From positions 1 to 27,572 of the forward strand of contig CBFGJG010000027.1 in NCBI GenBank assembly GCA_965649055.1: a stretch of DNA of 27,572 nucleotides, in the 5' to 3' direction. Shown one piece after another: positions 1 through 9,490 of this stretch. Under the pieces are notes generated by a model. It saw only the letters and a list, made by a program, of their open reading frames with translations, was not told the DNA's origin and did no database searches. The stretch is from a candidate division WOR-3 bacterium. Its GTDB lineage: Bacteria > Hydrothermota > UBA3072 > B12-G15. A program made the position numbers and the translations under genes. Each line of letters opens with the position of its first letter. Position 1 is the stretch's first letter.

Positions 1-2
1 AT

Positions 3-146
3 GAGATTTATGATAAAATTTTTAGACAAAACTTAAATGTTAATTATAATAAATTGTACCACCATGTCCCTGATCTTCCCGTAAAAATATATTTGAAATT
101 TTATAAATTCTTTTTAAATTCATATTATGATTGTGATTTTCTTTAA
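3..146 (+). CDS. possible 3' tail of an upstream gene entering the window (EIYDKIFRQN...YYDCDFL*)
   Basis: Frame 3 is open from base 3 to TAA at 144-146 (47 codons) in AT-rich DNA and overlaps the start at 127. No recognisable motif, so it may be chance. Confidence 0.25.
   Translation, partial: EIYDKIFRQNLNVNYNKLYHHVPDLPVKIYLKFYKFFLNSYYDCDFL
23..50 (+). promoter_or_regulatory. candidate sigma70 promoter for the C25 peptidase gene
   Basis: TAGACA (23-28), 16 bp spacer, TATAAT (45-50). AT-rich background makes a chance match possible. Confidence 0.3.
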
Positions 147-3100
147 TCTTACTTGTGAACTTTTTTTCAATGATATTCAATTTTATAAACTTAATGAATA
201 TGATTTAATAGTGGTTAAGGATTGTGGTTTTTTTTCAAATCCTGGTGAACCATTAATTCCAATTAAAATTTTATCTTTAGAAATAGATAATAAATTTATA
301 GATATAAAAGAACTGGATGAAGAATGGATTGAGATTTCAGGGTATTTTAAACTCTTCCCTGGTCAAAAGGGATTCCCCTTACAATTGAACTCTTTTGATT
401 TTTTACAACCTGACAGTTTAATATACAACTCTTCAAAATTTTTTCCTGAAAAAACAATTATTTACACAGGTCAGGGGCTCAAAAGGGGTAAGAATATAGT
501 AAATTTTGCAATATTCCCTATAAAGTATATTCCAAAAGAAGGTAAGATATACTTTTTAAAATTTATCAGATTTAAAATAAATGTAGATAAAAAAAGTAGT
601 TATTATCCGGACTTCCATCTTTTTAGAAAAAATGAAGACAAAACAGAGGAAATAATAATTACAAAAAATGATTTCATTAAATTTTTTGAACCCTTGAAGG
701 ATTGGAAGACACAGAAAGGTGTTAAGACTGAAATATTTGATGTGGATTCAATAATTCTTAATTTTTCAGGTAATACTAAACAAGAGAAAATAAGAAATTT
801 TATAAAATGGGCTTATACAAGTTTGGGGACTGATTATGTTTTACTTGGAGGACAGTGCGATTACGAAAATAATCATGAGGTTATTCCAAGGATGGATTTA
901 TTCTATAAATCTTCAGGTATTTCAGGTGAGCCATACGATAAGGACACAATTCCATCAGATATGTATTATTCGAACCTTGATGGAGACTGGAATTTTGATG
1001 GTGATAATACCTATGGTGAGATTGAAGATTCTGTTGACCTTTATTCAGATATTTATGTGGGAAGGGCACCATGCAAGGATACCAATGAAGTAAAAATATT
1101 TGTTAATAAAGTGATAAATTATGAAAGAAATCCTGCAACAGATTACATAAAGAAAGTGATGCTTCCCGCTGAATTTCTTTATTACAGCTATTGGGGTGAT
1201 ACTGTTAACAATATAATATCGAATATTACACCTGATTTTGTGAAAGATATAAAATTATACCAATCAACCGGAAATTATTCTGGAAGTATGGTTAAAAATA
1301 CAATTGAAGAAGGTGTTAATTTTTCCCATTTTGCATCACACGGAAATGCATACGGAACTGCCGGGATTACAATTCAGGATATAGATGAACTTACAAATAA
1401 TTCTAAGATTGGTCTTTTTACAGGTATTTCATGTATGACAGGTGCTGTAGATTATGTTCAGGGAGGGGATTGCTTCGCTGAACATATTGTCCTAAATCCG
1501 AATGGTGGTGGTGTTGCTTCTATTATGAATACAAGATACGGTTGGGGATATATTCCGGGATTGGGACCATCGGAGACAATTGATACGACAATGTTCCATC
1601 TTATTTATGTCGATAGTATTCTGAACCTTGGGAAAATTAACTCACTATCGAAAGAACAATATGTTCCAGTGGTTCAACTTGAAGGTATAAATGGTTATTA
1701 CAGATGGTGTATTTATGAACTTATGCTTTTTGGTGACCCTGAAATGCCTGTCTGGACAAGGATACCTGATTCAATATTTACATATTTTAAAAAGGTTATA
1801 TCCATTGAAGATTCATTGTTTATAGTCTCTGTTAAGGACAGGTTCAGAAATCCATTGATTGGTGCAAGGGTTTGTATAATGAAAGGGAAAGAGATTTACA
1901 AGGTTGGAAGGACGGACGATTCAGGTTATGCAATCTTAAAATTAAACCAACATTCATCAGGTTTTATGAATATTACCGTAACAAAAGATAATTTTATACC
2001 ATTTATTGATTCCATTTACATTACTGAAAAAATGAAGATAATAATATCACCGGACTCAATCCCAATAAATGAATTTTCAAATATCACAATTCAGGTTGGT
2101 GATGAATACGGGAATGCGATTCCAGATATTGAATTCACAATAAAAGGTGAAGAAATTTCATTAAAAGATACAACGGACAATTTTGGTATTGCCTATTTTT
2201 CACTTTTTCCTGTTTATGGAGAAAGTTTATATATAACCGGAAGGAGATTAAAGGAAAACCATATTATTTTTGAAGGTAGAATATTTGTTTACGGAGGTGA
2301 AGAATTTCAGAAACACGAAATAACCTGCGGTTCTGATTTAATAAACATATCAGGTTCACTAATGAAGAATATAGAATGCTATATAAAGACTTATACAAAA
2401 CCCGAAGGACATAAAACCTTTATCAAAGGCTGTGGAATAGACACTTTTACACAATCTTACACTGACACTTTAAATGTATTATTTATTCCATTAAAAGATG
2501 GCGTAATAGATGCAAGAATTTGTAAAGAAGGTTACAATGTTTTAGATTATTTTTTTGCTGTGAAGGATTTCAAAGGCTATGTATCCGGTAAAGTCATTGA
2601 TCTTTATTCTGGAAATCCCGTGGATCCGTCTATATGGATTTACAATTGCGATACCTTTAGGATTAAAACAGCTGGTGGTTATTTCACCTTGGATTCTCTT
2701 GTTTGTGGGTACTATAATTTAAAGGCTGAAGCATTTGGTTTTTACATAATTGATACAACTGTAATTGTTAGGCATCCATATAACTTTTATGAATTATTCT
2801 TAAAACCAATGCCTAAATCTATTGTTTCTGGTTTCATAGTGGATAAAATCACAGGTAAAGGAATTACTGCACAAATAGATGTATATGCAAAAGATAGTTT
2901 AATCATCTCTTTAAATTCAGATCTAAGTGGTTTCTTTTCATTTAAGATTCCATACTTTGATTACATATTTTATATAAGAAGTAAAGGTTACAAAAGTATA
3001 GACACATTGATTAAGGTGGAATGTGAAACCTTGAAAATTGACTTTAAACTTTACAGATCAGTAGGCAAGATTTTAATTTTAAATGATGATTCGACCGGTA

Positions 3101-4743
3101 ATTCACCTATTGTTTTGCATAATCTCCTTTCAAAGATTGGTTATTATTCTGATGTTATTCCATTTGATTCTGCATACAATTTTATATGGGAAAAATATGA
3201 TATATTGATTTTAAGCAGTGGTAGAAATAGAAATCCATTAAATAATAAAGACATAAGGAAAAAAATAAAAGATTGGTATGAAAAATTTGGCAAAATCATT
3301 ATAGAAGGTGGCGATGTAGGTTATTTCTATTCCTGGGATGATTTTGGGAAAAAGGTTTTACATATAAAAGATTGGAAGGGTAACGATGGAGGAAACCTGA
3401 TTTTGAAAAAAAGAACCCATCCCATTGTAAATTATCCAAATTTATTACCAGAGACTTTGAAAATAAAATATGAAGGATGGGCAGACCAGGATATATGTGA
3501 AATATTAAAAGATGTTGAGTTGATATATGGAACTGAAAAAATTCCAGATTGTTCAGGAATTTTTGTGTATGATAACACACCTTCTTTGGAATCAGGGCAG
3601 CTTGTTTATTTTGGATTTAATTTTGAAAAACTTTGTGAAGATGTTCAAATTAAACTCTTAGAAAATACGATAAAATATCTGTATTCAAAGGAGCCGGAAG
3701 AAAATGCAGAACTGAGGATATTTACTGACCCAAAAGGTTCTTTGGATAACTCTGTTTTAGTAAAAGTATTCTGGGAGGGGAAGCTCTATAAGATTGATAC
3801 AACAGATACACTGGGAGAAGGAAAAATAAAATTATACAATGGGACATACGACATAATGTTTTCGAAAGATAATTATAGTGATACTTTGATAAGAGGTGTC
3901 AATATCTTTAATAGAGATATGTATTTAAAGGTTAATCTTTATCCTTTCATTAAATTATATTCCTGTGATTTTGAGACAGACTCCGGGAATTTAATCCATT
4001 CAGGTGATTGGGAATGGGGTGAAGTTTCTTATGGCCCTGAATATGGTTCATCAGGTTTCAAAGTTTGGGGAACAGTTCTTGATAGTAATTACTCAAAGAA
4101 TTCGGATTCAAGGCTTGAAACACCCTCCATATATCTTCCAAACGATAAAAATATTATTTTTTCATTTAATATGTGGTTGCAAACAGATTCTTTCTATGAT
4201 GGAGGAAATGTAAAAATTTCAAGAAATAATAGTGGATTTGGGATTATTGACCCGGTTTATCCAGTTTATAACATAGAGAAGATGTCAACACAAAACAGAG
4301 GGATTCCGAAGGAAAGAGGGTGGACCGGGAATATGACCGAATGGAAGAAGGTAGAGTTTAATCTATCCCAATTTGCCGGTGATACAATAAAGATAAGATG
4401 GCATTTTGGGAGTAATTATATCAGGGAATATCCGGGTTGGTTCATTGATGATGTTATAATAGGATATACTGATTATAATGCTGGTGATGATGAGGAAAAG
4501 ATAATATTTAAGTCACAAACTATTTTCAAAAACGAGATTATTATTTCAATATATTCAAATATATCTACAAGATACGGGATTTATATTTATGATATACTTG
4601 GTAGATTGGTATTAAAAACCGAAGGATTTATTTTTCCAGGAACAAACGAGTGTAAAGTTTCAGTCGGAAAACAAGGAATATATTTTATAAAAACAGTTGT
4701 CAACAAAAAAACAAACCAGATAAAGGCAATCCTGATTAAATAA
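127..4743 (+). CDS. C25 (gingipain-family) cysteine peptidase, multidomain, with T9SS-type C-terminal sorting domain
   Basis: Propeptide-like N-terminus (PGEPLIP...IFPIKY); C25 motifs WKTQKG, IRNFIK, YVLLGG, SDMYY, VGRAP, LFGDPEM; candidate dyad His (SHG, codon 1339) and Cys (ISC, codon 1432). Followed by Ig/carboxypeptidase-regulatory-like repeats (VSGKVID, VSGFIVD), a DFE...WEWG...YDGGNV...GWFIDDV jelly-roll domain, and a CTD (IYDILGRLV...GIYFIK). Confidence 0.88.
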   Translation: MIVIFFNLTCELFFNDIQFYKLNEYDLIVVKDCGFFSNPGEPLIPIKILSLEIDNKFIDIKELDEEWIEISGYFKLFPGQKGFPLQLNSFDFLQPDSLIYNSSKFFPEKTIIYTGQGLKRGKNIVNFAIFPIKYIPKEGKIYFLKFIRFKINVDKKSSYYPDFHLFRKNEDKTEEIIITKNDFIKFFEPLKDWKTQKGVKTEIFDVDSIILNFSGNTKQEKIRNFIKWAYTSLGTDYVLLGGQCDYENNHEVIPRMDLFYKSSGISGEPYDKDTIPSDMYYSNLDGDWNFDGDNTYGEIEDSVDLYSDIYVGRAPCKDTNEVKIFVNKVINYERNPATDYIKKVMLPAEFLYYSYWGDTVNNIISNITPDFVKDIKLYQSTGNYSGSMVKNTIEEGVNFSHFASHGNAYGTAGITIQDIDELTNNSKIGLFTGISCMTGAVDYVQGGDCFAEHIVLNPNGGGVASIMNTRYGWGYIPGLGPSETIDTTMFHLIYVDSILNLGKINSLSKEQYVPVVQLEGINGYYRWCIYELMLFGDPEMPVWTRIPDSIFTYFKKVISIEDSLFIVSVKDRFRNPLIGARVCIMKGKEIYKVGRTDDSGYAILKLNQHSSGFMNITVTKDNFIPFIDSIYITEKMKIIISPDSIPINEFSNITIQVGDEYGNAIPDIEFTIKGEEISLKDTTDNFGIAYFSLFPVYGESLYITGRRLKENHIIFEGRIFVYGGEEFQKHEITCGSDLINISGSLMKNIECYIKTYTKPEGHKTFIKGCGIDTFTQSYTDTLNVLFIPLKDGVIDARICKEGYNVLDYFFAVKDFKGYVSGKVIDLYSGNPVDPSIWIYNCDTFRIKTAGGYFTLDSLVCGYYNLKAEAFGFYIIDTTVIVRHPYNFYELFLKPMPKSIVSGFIVDKITGKGITAQIDVYAKDSLIISLNSDLSGFFSFKIPYFDYIFYIRSKGYKSIDTLIKVECETLKIDFKLYRSVGKILILNDDSTGNSPIVLHNLLSKIGYYSDVIPFDSAYNFIWEKYDILILSSGRNRNPLNNKDIRKKIKDWYEKFGKIIIEGGDVGYFYSWDDFGKKVLHIKDWKGNDGGNLILKKRTHPIVNYPNLLPETLKIKYEGWADQDICEILKDVELIYGTEKIPDCSGIFVYDNTPSLESGQLVYFGFNFEKLCEDVQIKLLENTIKYLYSKEPEENAELRIFTDPKGSLDNSVLVKVFWEGKLYKIDTTDTLGEGKIKLYNGTYDIMFSKDNYSDTLIRGVNIFNRDMYLKVNLYPFIKLYSCDFETDSGNLIHSGDWEWGEVSYGPEYGSSGFKVWGTVLDSNYSKNSDSRLETPSIYLPNDKNIIFSFNMWLQTDSFYDGGNVKISRNNSGFGIIDPVYPVYNIEKMSTQNRGIPKERGWTGNMTEWKKVEFNLSQFAGDTIKIRWHFGSNYIREYPGWFIDDVIIGYTDYNAGDDEEKIIFKSQTIFKNEIIISIYSNISTRYGIYIYDILGRLVLKTEGFIFPGTNECKVSVGKQGIYFIKTVVNKKTNQIKAILIK

Positions 4744-4760
4744 AGACCATCTCAATTCAT

Positions 4761-4884
4761 TGCATTTTTGCATATATTAATGCAAATTTGCAAAATTTTG
4801 CTATTATTTAGTTTTCAAATAGTTACGAAAGTTTCAAATAAAATTAAAGCCAAATAACATTGCAAATTTGCAAATCAAGATTTG
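4761..4884. promoter_or_regulatory. cluster of palindromic operator-like sites (TGCA-N4-TGCA) upstream of the caspase gene
   Basis: TGCATTTTTGCA 4761-4772, TGCAAATTTGCA 4781-4792, overlapping GCAAAATTTTGC 4790-4801, TTGCAAATTTGCAA 4860-4873, CAAATC-aa-GATTTG 4871-4884. Confidence 0.55.
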
Positions 4885-4971
4885 TTAAAAGGGTATTATG
4901 TTTTTAAAAATGAATAGATTATATAATTGGGAATGTTTTTTTTTATATATAAATCTAAAAAGGGAGGAACG

Positions 4972-5820
4972 ATGAGGTTTCTGAAGGTTCTTTTAGTAGT
5001 TGGTTTGATTCTGGTGGTTGCGTCCTGTTCTAAAACACCAATTGATGAGTTTGGTGAAGAGGTTCAAGGACAGGCATTTCAGAGGCCTGAATTTATTGAA
5101 ACAAGGCCGGAAGATGTTGTGGAAAGTGTAACAATGAAGCTTGAAGATGCAAAACTTCTACCTGAGCCACAAATTCTTCCAGTAAAAGGCGGTAAATACG
5201 CAGTTGTTATTGGAATTTCAGATTATAGTGGCACATCAAATGACCTAAACTATTGTGACGATGATGCAAGAGACTGGATCAGTGTTTTGAATTCAAAGGG
5301 TTTTGTGATACATTCATTGATCGATAGGCAGGCTACAAAGGATGCTATTATAAATGAAGTTAACTGGTTAAGGAGTATGGCTGCAAGTGGAAATGAGATA
5401 GCATTTATTTATTCAGGTCATGGCTCAAAAACTAAATATGGTTCCTGTATAATAACAACTGACCTTTATTATATTACACAAGGCTGGTTTCAAGAAGCAT
5501 TTGCAGGTGTTGGAAGCACAAAGATGGTGTTTGCATTTGATGCGTGCCAGATAGGTGGAATGAAAACCGCATTAAATGCTACAGGCAGGGTCATTGCAGT
5601 GGCATCAAGCACAACAACATATTCTTATGATGGTGATGCAACAATGCAGAATGGTGTCTGGACATACTATTTTATTGCTGCATTTGTTGACCAAAATATG
5701 ATATATTACGAGCCTGCAGCAAAATATGCCTGTGATGGTATGATAAATTGGGCAAAGATACACCATGTAAAGGTGGCACCATCATATCAGGATAGTTATA
5801 CTGGAAATTTAGAACTGTAA
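4972..5820 (+). CDS. caspase-family (peptidase C14, metacaspase-like) lipoprotein
   Basis: Start moved to ATG 4972 because of GGAGG at 4963-4967. Signal peptide MRFLKVLLVVGLILVVAS-C19 with lipobox. C14 motifs YAVVIGISDY, LNYCDDDA, YSGHGS (His, codon 5419), FDACQIG (Cys, codon 5545), NGVWTYY. Confidence 0.85.
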   Translation: MRFLKVLLVVGLILVVASCSKTPIDEFGEEVQGQAFQRPEFIETRPEDVVESVTMKLEDAKLLPEPQILPVKGGKYAVVIGISDYSGTSNDLNYCDDDARDWISVLNSKGFVIHSLIDRQATKDAIINEVNWLRSMAASGNEIAFIYSGHGSKTKYGSCIITTDLYYITQGWFQEAFAGVGSTKMVFAFDACQIGGMKTALNATGRVIAVASSTTTYSYDGDATMQNGVWTYYFIAAFVDQNMIYYEPAAKYACDGMINWAKIHHVKVAPSYQDSYTGNLEL

Positions 5821-5897
5821 CAAAATATCTCTTTATAATAGATATAAAAATACAGATGAAAGATTGTTATAGTGAAGTGAAAAACATAAAAAAATAG

Positions 5898-5926
5898 TTG
5901 ACATATTCAGTAACTATCATTAAATA
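5898..5926 (+). promoter_or_regulatory. candidate sigma70 promoter for the LolA-like/ABC operon
   Basis: TTGACA (5898-5903), 17 bp, TAAATA (imperfect -10). ATG follows at 5936 with no SD sequence. Confidence 0.4.
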
Positions 5927-5935
5927 AATAATGTT

Positions 5936-6634
5936 ATGTTATTTTTGATTCTTTCAATAAATTCACAAGAAATTCTGAAAAAAATCGATGAAAATTTAGT
6001 TTATAATACCATAAAGGCAGAAGCAATAATGAGCATTGAGAGGGATAACAAGAGGATTATTAAAGAATTCATTATATACGGGAAAAAACAGGGGAATAAA
6101 TTCTTCATTGAGTTTAAAAACCCTGAAGATATCGGTGTAAAGTATTTAAAGATAGGGAACGAATTATGGATTTATTTCCCAGATGCAGATGATATAATGA
6201 AGATATCGGGTCATATGTTAAGACAGGGTATGATGGGAAGCGATCTTTCTTATGAAGACCTTCTTTCAGATGAAGAACTAAAAGCAAAATATGAAAGCAG
6301 TATTACAGGTGATACTCTATACAACGGGAAAAAATGCTACATACTTGAACTAAAAGCAAAGAAGGAGGATGTTACATACTATAAAGAGATTCTTATTGTT
6401 GATAAAGAAATCTTTATTCCTTACGAGATAGAACTTTTTACAAAATCCGGAAGGATGATAAAAAAGATAAAAGAAGAAGAAATAAAGAATTTTAATGGAA
6501 GATTTTTTCCGACAAAGATCAGTATCATTGATTTGAGGAGGAAAAATTCAATAACAAAGATAGAATATAAAGAAATTTATTTTGATATTGACATAAAAGA
6601 AGATATATTCACAAAACAGAATCTAAAAAGATGA
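5936..6634 (+). CDS. outer-membrane lipoprotein-sorting protein (LolA-like fold)
   Basis: Family-typical motifs F..PEDIGVKYLK...ELWIYFP, GMMGSDLSYEDL, CYILELKAK, IFTKQNL. First gene of the ABC cluster. Confidence 0.8.
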   Translation: MLFLILSINSQEILKKIDENLVYNTIKAEAIMSIERDNKRIIKEFIIYGKKQGNKFFIEFKNPEDIGVKYLKIGNELWIYFPDADDIMKISGHMLRQGMMGSDLSYEDLLSDEELKAKYESSITGDTLYNGKKCYILELKAKKEDVTYYKEILIVDKEIFIPYEIELFTKSGRMIKKIKEEEIKNFNGRFFPTKISIIDLRRKNSITKIEYKEIYFDIDIKEDIFTKQNLKR

Positions 6635-7584
6635 TTTTTATAATTTTTTCTTTGAATTTTAATGGTTATTTAAGGAATGATGCAATATTTCAGATTACGG
6701 AAGTAAATGATTATAATTTTTATAATATTGATGAATTGAAACTATCTTTCTGGAAAAAGGAAGAAAAATGGATGTTTTATACGGATAGTAGGTTATTTAT
6801 TTTCTTTCCTGAAAGTATTTTACAGGGATACTTTTCACTAAAGAGGGCTTTCGTAAGATTGTTTCTAAAAAATATAAATTTAACATTTGGTAAACAGTAT
6901 ATAAATTTAGGATTACCTGTAATCTTTAATCCTTTTGAGATAGATAAAAAGATTGTATTTACAGATTTAGCTTATACAAAAGAAGGTATAGTAGGTTTTT
7001 CAGTAGATTATATGATAGATGCAAAATCAGGGATAAAAATTTTTACAAAACCTGAATATAAGCTGAAAGAATCTATTGCAGGATTTGATATTTTTACAAA
7101 TTTAAGAAGTTTTGATATTGGTGGAATTTTTATAAGAGAAGATAACACCCTTTCATTTGGTTTTTATCTTAAAGGTGATTTATTTTTAGGTGTGAATTCA
7201 AGTAACAGGTTTTATTATGATAAGGTAAATAGAACTTACAATATTGAATCTGTATCAGGTTTTGATTATAGTTTTTTTGAAGGTAGGTTATTTTTAGGTT
7301 CATCATATTATCATAATAAAGATGATAACTACTATCTTCTTGAATCAAATAGATACTTACATAGTTTCATAAATTATAACTATAATGAATTCCTGAGTTT
7401 AACATTTAATATTTTTACAAATGTTCATGATAAAAGTGCATTAATCATACCGCAGGTAATATATAATTTTTCACAGGGTCTTTATACAGGTATACTTTTT
7501 ATAACAACATTCGGAGAAGGTGAATTCTCAAAAGAGAGATTTGGGAAACTTACGACATATTTAAGGATAGAAGGAAGATTTTAG
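6631..7584 (+). CDS. putative outer-membrane beta-barrel protein
   Basis: ATGA overlap with the previous gene. Aromatic-rich alternating strands, LKRAFV...LTFGKQYINLG...FNPFE motif, C-terminal Phe (LRIEGRF) resembling a beta-signal. Confidence 0.55.
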   Translation: MIFIIFSLNFNGYLRNDAIFQITEVNDYNFYNIDELKLSFWKKEEKWMFYTDSRLFIFFPESILQGYFSLKRAFVRLFLKNINLTFGKQYINLGLPVIFNPFEIDKKIVFTDLAYTKEGIVGFSVDYMIDAKSGIKIFTKPEYKLKESIAGFDIFTNLRSFDIGGIFIREDNTLSFGFYLKGDLFLGVNSSNRFYYDKVNRTYNIESVSGFDYSFFEGRLFLGSSYYHNKDDNYYLLESNRYLHSFINYNYNEFLSLTFNIFTNVHDKSALIIPQVIYNFSQGLYTGILFITTFGEGEFSKERFGKLTTYLRIEGRF

Positions 7585-7592
7585 GAGGATAT

Positions 7593-8276
7593 ATGCTTTT
7601 ACAGGTTTTAAATGTGAATAAGATCTATAAGACAGGTAAGACAAATTTTCAGGCATTGAGTAACATATCATTCAATATTGAGGAAGGTGAGTTCACTGCT
7701 ATTTCAGGACCTTCAGGTTCTGGCAAGACAACACTACTTAATATAATTGGTTGCATTGATAAACCAGATTCAGGTGAGGTTATTCTCGAAGGAAAGAGTA
7801 TAAAGGCAAGGAATTCTGATGAACTTGCCCATTTAAGGAGGGAATATTTTGGTTTTATTTTTCAAACATATAATTTAATACCGGTTTTAACCGCATATGA
7901 AAATGTAGAACTTTCTCTGAGGCTTCTTAAAAAATATAGTGAAGATGAAATCAGAAAAAGGGTGAATGAGGCACTTAAAAAGGTTGGGCTTATTCAGTTT
8001 AAAGACAGAAAACCACTTGAACTTTCAGGTGGTGAACAGCAAAGGGTTTCTATTGCAAGGGCTATTGTGAAAAACCCAAAACTTATCCTTGCGGATGAAC
8101 CAACTGCAAACCTTGATACAGAGAATGGGAAGAAGATAGTTGAGTTGATGTTAAAGATGAATAGAGAAGATGGTATAACATTTATATTCTCAACACATGA
8201 TCCTCTAATTCTTGAATATGCCAAAAGGATTATATCGTTAAGGGATGGAAGAATAATTGAGGATAGAAAAAAATGA
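7593..8276 (+). CDS. ABC transporter ATP-binding protein, LolD/MacB-like
   Basis: SD AGGAGG 7583-7588. Walker A GPSGSGKT, Q-loop FIFQTYNL, signature LSGGEQQRV, Walker B ILADEPTANLD, H-loop STHD. Confidence 0.95.
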   Translation: MLLQVLNVNKIYKTGKTNFQALSNISFNIEEGEFTAISGPSGSGKTTLLNIIGCIDKPDSGEVILEGKSIKARNSDELAHLRREYFGFIFQTYNLIPVLTAYENVELSLRLLKKYSEDEIRKRVNEALKKVGLIQFKDRKPLELSGGEQQRVSIARAIVKNPKLILADEPTANLDTENGKKIVELMLKMNREDGITFIFSTHDPLILEYAKRIISLRDGRIIEDRKK

Positions 8277-9490
8277 AATTTTTATTCATATTTGCATTTA
8301 AAAATATTTTAAGGCAGAAAAGAAGAACTATACTTACCTCACTTGTTATAACTATCGCAATAACATTCTTTATCATAATGAGTTCTCTTCTTAAAGGTTT
8401 TTATGATACGAGTTTTGAGAATGAACTAAACTATAACACATCACATATGAAGATAAGGTCTTCAAATTATGATGAGAATAAACCTTTTGAACAGGATAAT
8501 CTTGTGTACAATTATAGTGATATTATAAAAATACTAAAAAAATACAGTTTTATAAAAGGATATACTGAAATTCTGTCTTTCCAGGGTGAAATAGATAATT
8601 TTATTGATTCAAGATTTGTGATAGTTATGGGTGTTAATTTTAATACAATTGATTCTGTTTTTGTGTTCAGAAAATTTATTTACAAAGGTGGGATTGAAGA
8701 TGGTTTAATAATAGGAGAACAGATAGCAAAGGATATGAATTTAGATATTGGGAGTTCTGTTTTCATAACATTCAGAAAAAAAGATATGATTGAATCCAGA
8801 GAATTCATTATTTCTGGCATAATTTCTTCTCCAAATCCCATTGTTAATAATTCTTATGTGTATATTGATATAGAAAATGCAAAAGAGATGCTGGGAGTTG
8901 ATGGGATTACAGAGATTGCGATAAAGACAGAAAATTACAACAATTGTTCTAAATATAGCAATATCATAAAAACTGAAGTTCCATATATAAAGGTTTTTAC
9001 CTGGGAAAAACTTGCAGAAGACTTCTTACAGATGGCACAGGCAAAGGCAAAAGGTAATGGTGTGCTCATATTCTTTATAGCGATAATAGGTTTTGTTGGT
9101 GTTATAAATACAACGATGATATCTGTTTATGAAAAAAGAAGGGAAATAGGAACTTTGAAAACACTCGGTATGAAAGAAAGTGAAATACTCCTTGTGTTCC
9201 TTATAGAATGTTTTTTCATAGGTTTATTTGGTGTATTCCTTGGTTTAATAATTGGTAGTCTCGGGAATCTATATTTTGTGATACACGGAATTGATATGAT
9301 GTCTATATGGAATATTGAAAATATGAATATAGGATATAAGGTATTAGGAATAATAAAATCAAGATGGGATTTTCCTTCAATCATCCTTGTTTCAATCCTA
9401 AGCATATTTTTCACAACGATAGCAGGATTTTTTCCGGCAAGGAAAGGTGCAAAGATGGAACCACAAGATGCATTGAGGGTGATACAATGA
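8273..9490 (+). CDS. ABC transporter permease, LolC/E / FtsX-like
   Basis: ATGA overlap. AFKNILRQKRRTILT N-terminus, one TM, periplasmic domain, EKRREIGTLKTLGM, three C-terminal TMs, PARKGAKMEPQDALR. Confidence 0.9.
   Translation: MKFLFIFAFKNILRQKRRTILTSLVITIAITFFIIMSSLLKGFYDTSFENELNYNTSHMKIRSSNYDENKPFEQDNLVYNYSDIIKILKKYSFIKGYTEILSFQGEIDNFIDSRFVIVMGVNFNTIDSVFVFRKFIYKGGIEDGLIIGEQIAKDMNLDIGSSVFITFRKKDMIESREFIISGIISSPNPIVNNSYVYIDIENAKEMLGVDGITEIAIKTENYNNCSKYSNIIKTEVPYIKVFTWEKLAEDFLQMAQAKAKGNGVLIFFIAIIGFVGVINTTMISVYEKRREIGTLKTLGMKESEILLVFLIECFFIGLFGVFLGLIIGSLGNLYFVIHGIDMMSIWNIENMNIGYKVLGIIKSRWDFPSIILVSILSIFFTTIAGFFPARKGAKMEPQDALRVIQ

Noticed and set aside
4927..4945. Possible sigma54 promoter (TTGGGAAT...)
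   Set aside because: A -24-like TGG is present, but the -12 GC position falls in a T run.
4927..4971. N-terminal extension MGMFFFIYKSKKGGT of the caspase ORF
   Set aside because: The SD (GGAGG) and the signal peptide fit ATG 4972.
5825..5845. ATATCT-N9-AGATAT inverted repeat after the caspase gene
   Set aside because: The 6 bp AT-rich stem has no U tract and is too weak to call a terminator.
9364..9486. 41 aa extension of the second permease
   Set aside because: It overlaps the previous gene. ATG 9487 gives ATGA coupling and matches the paralog's N-terminus.
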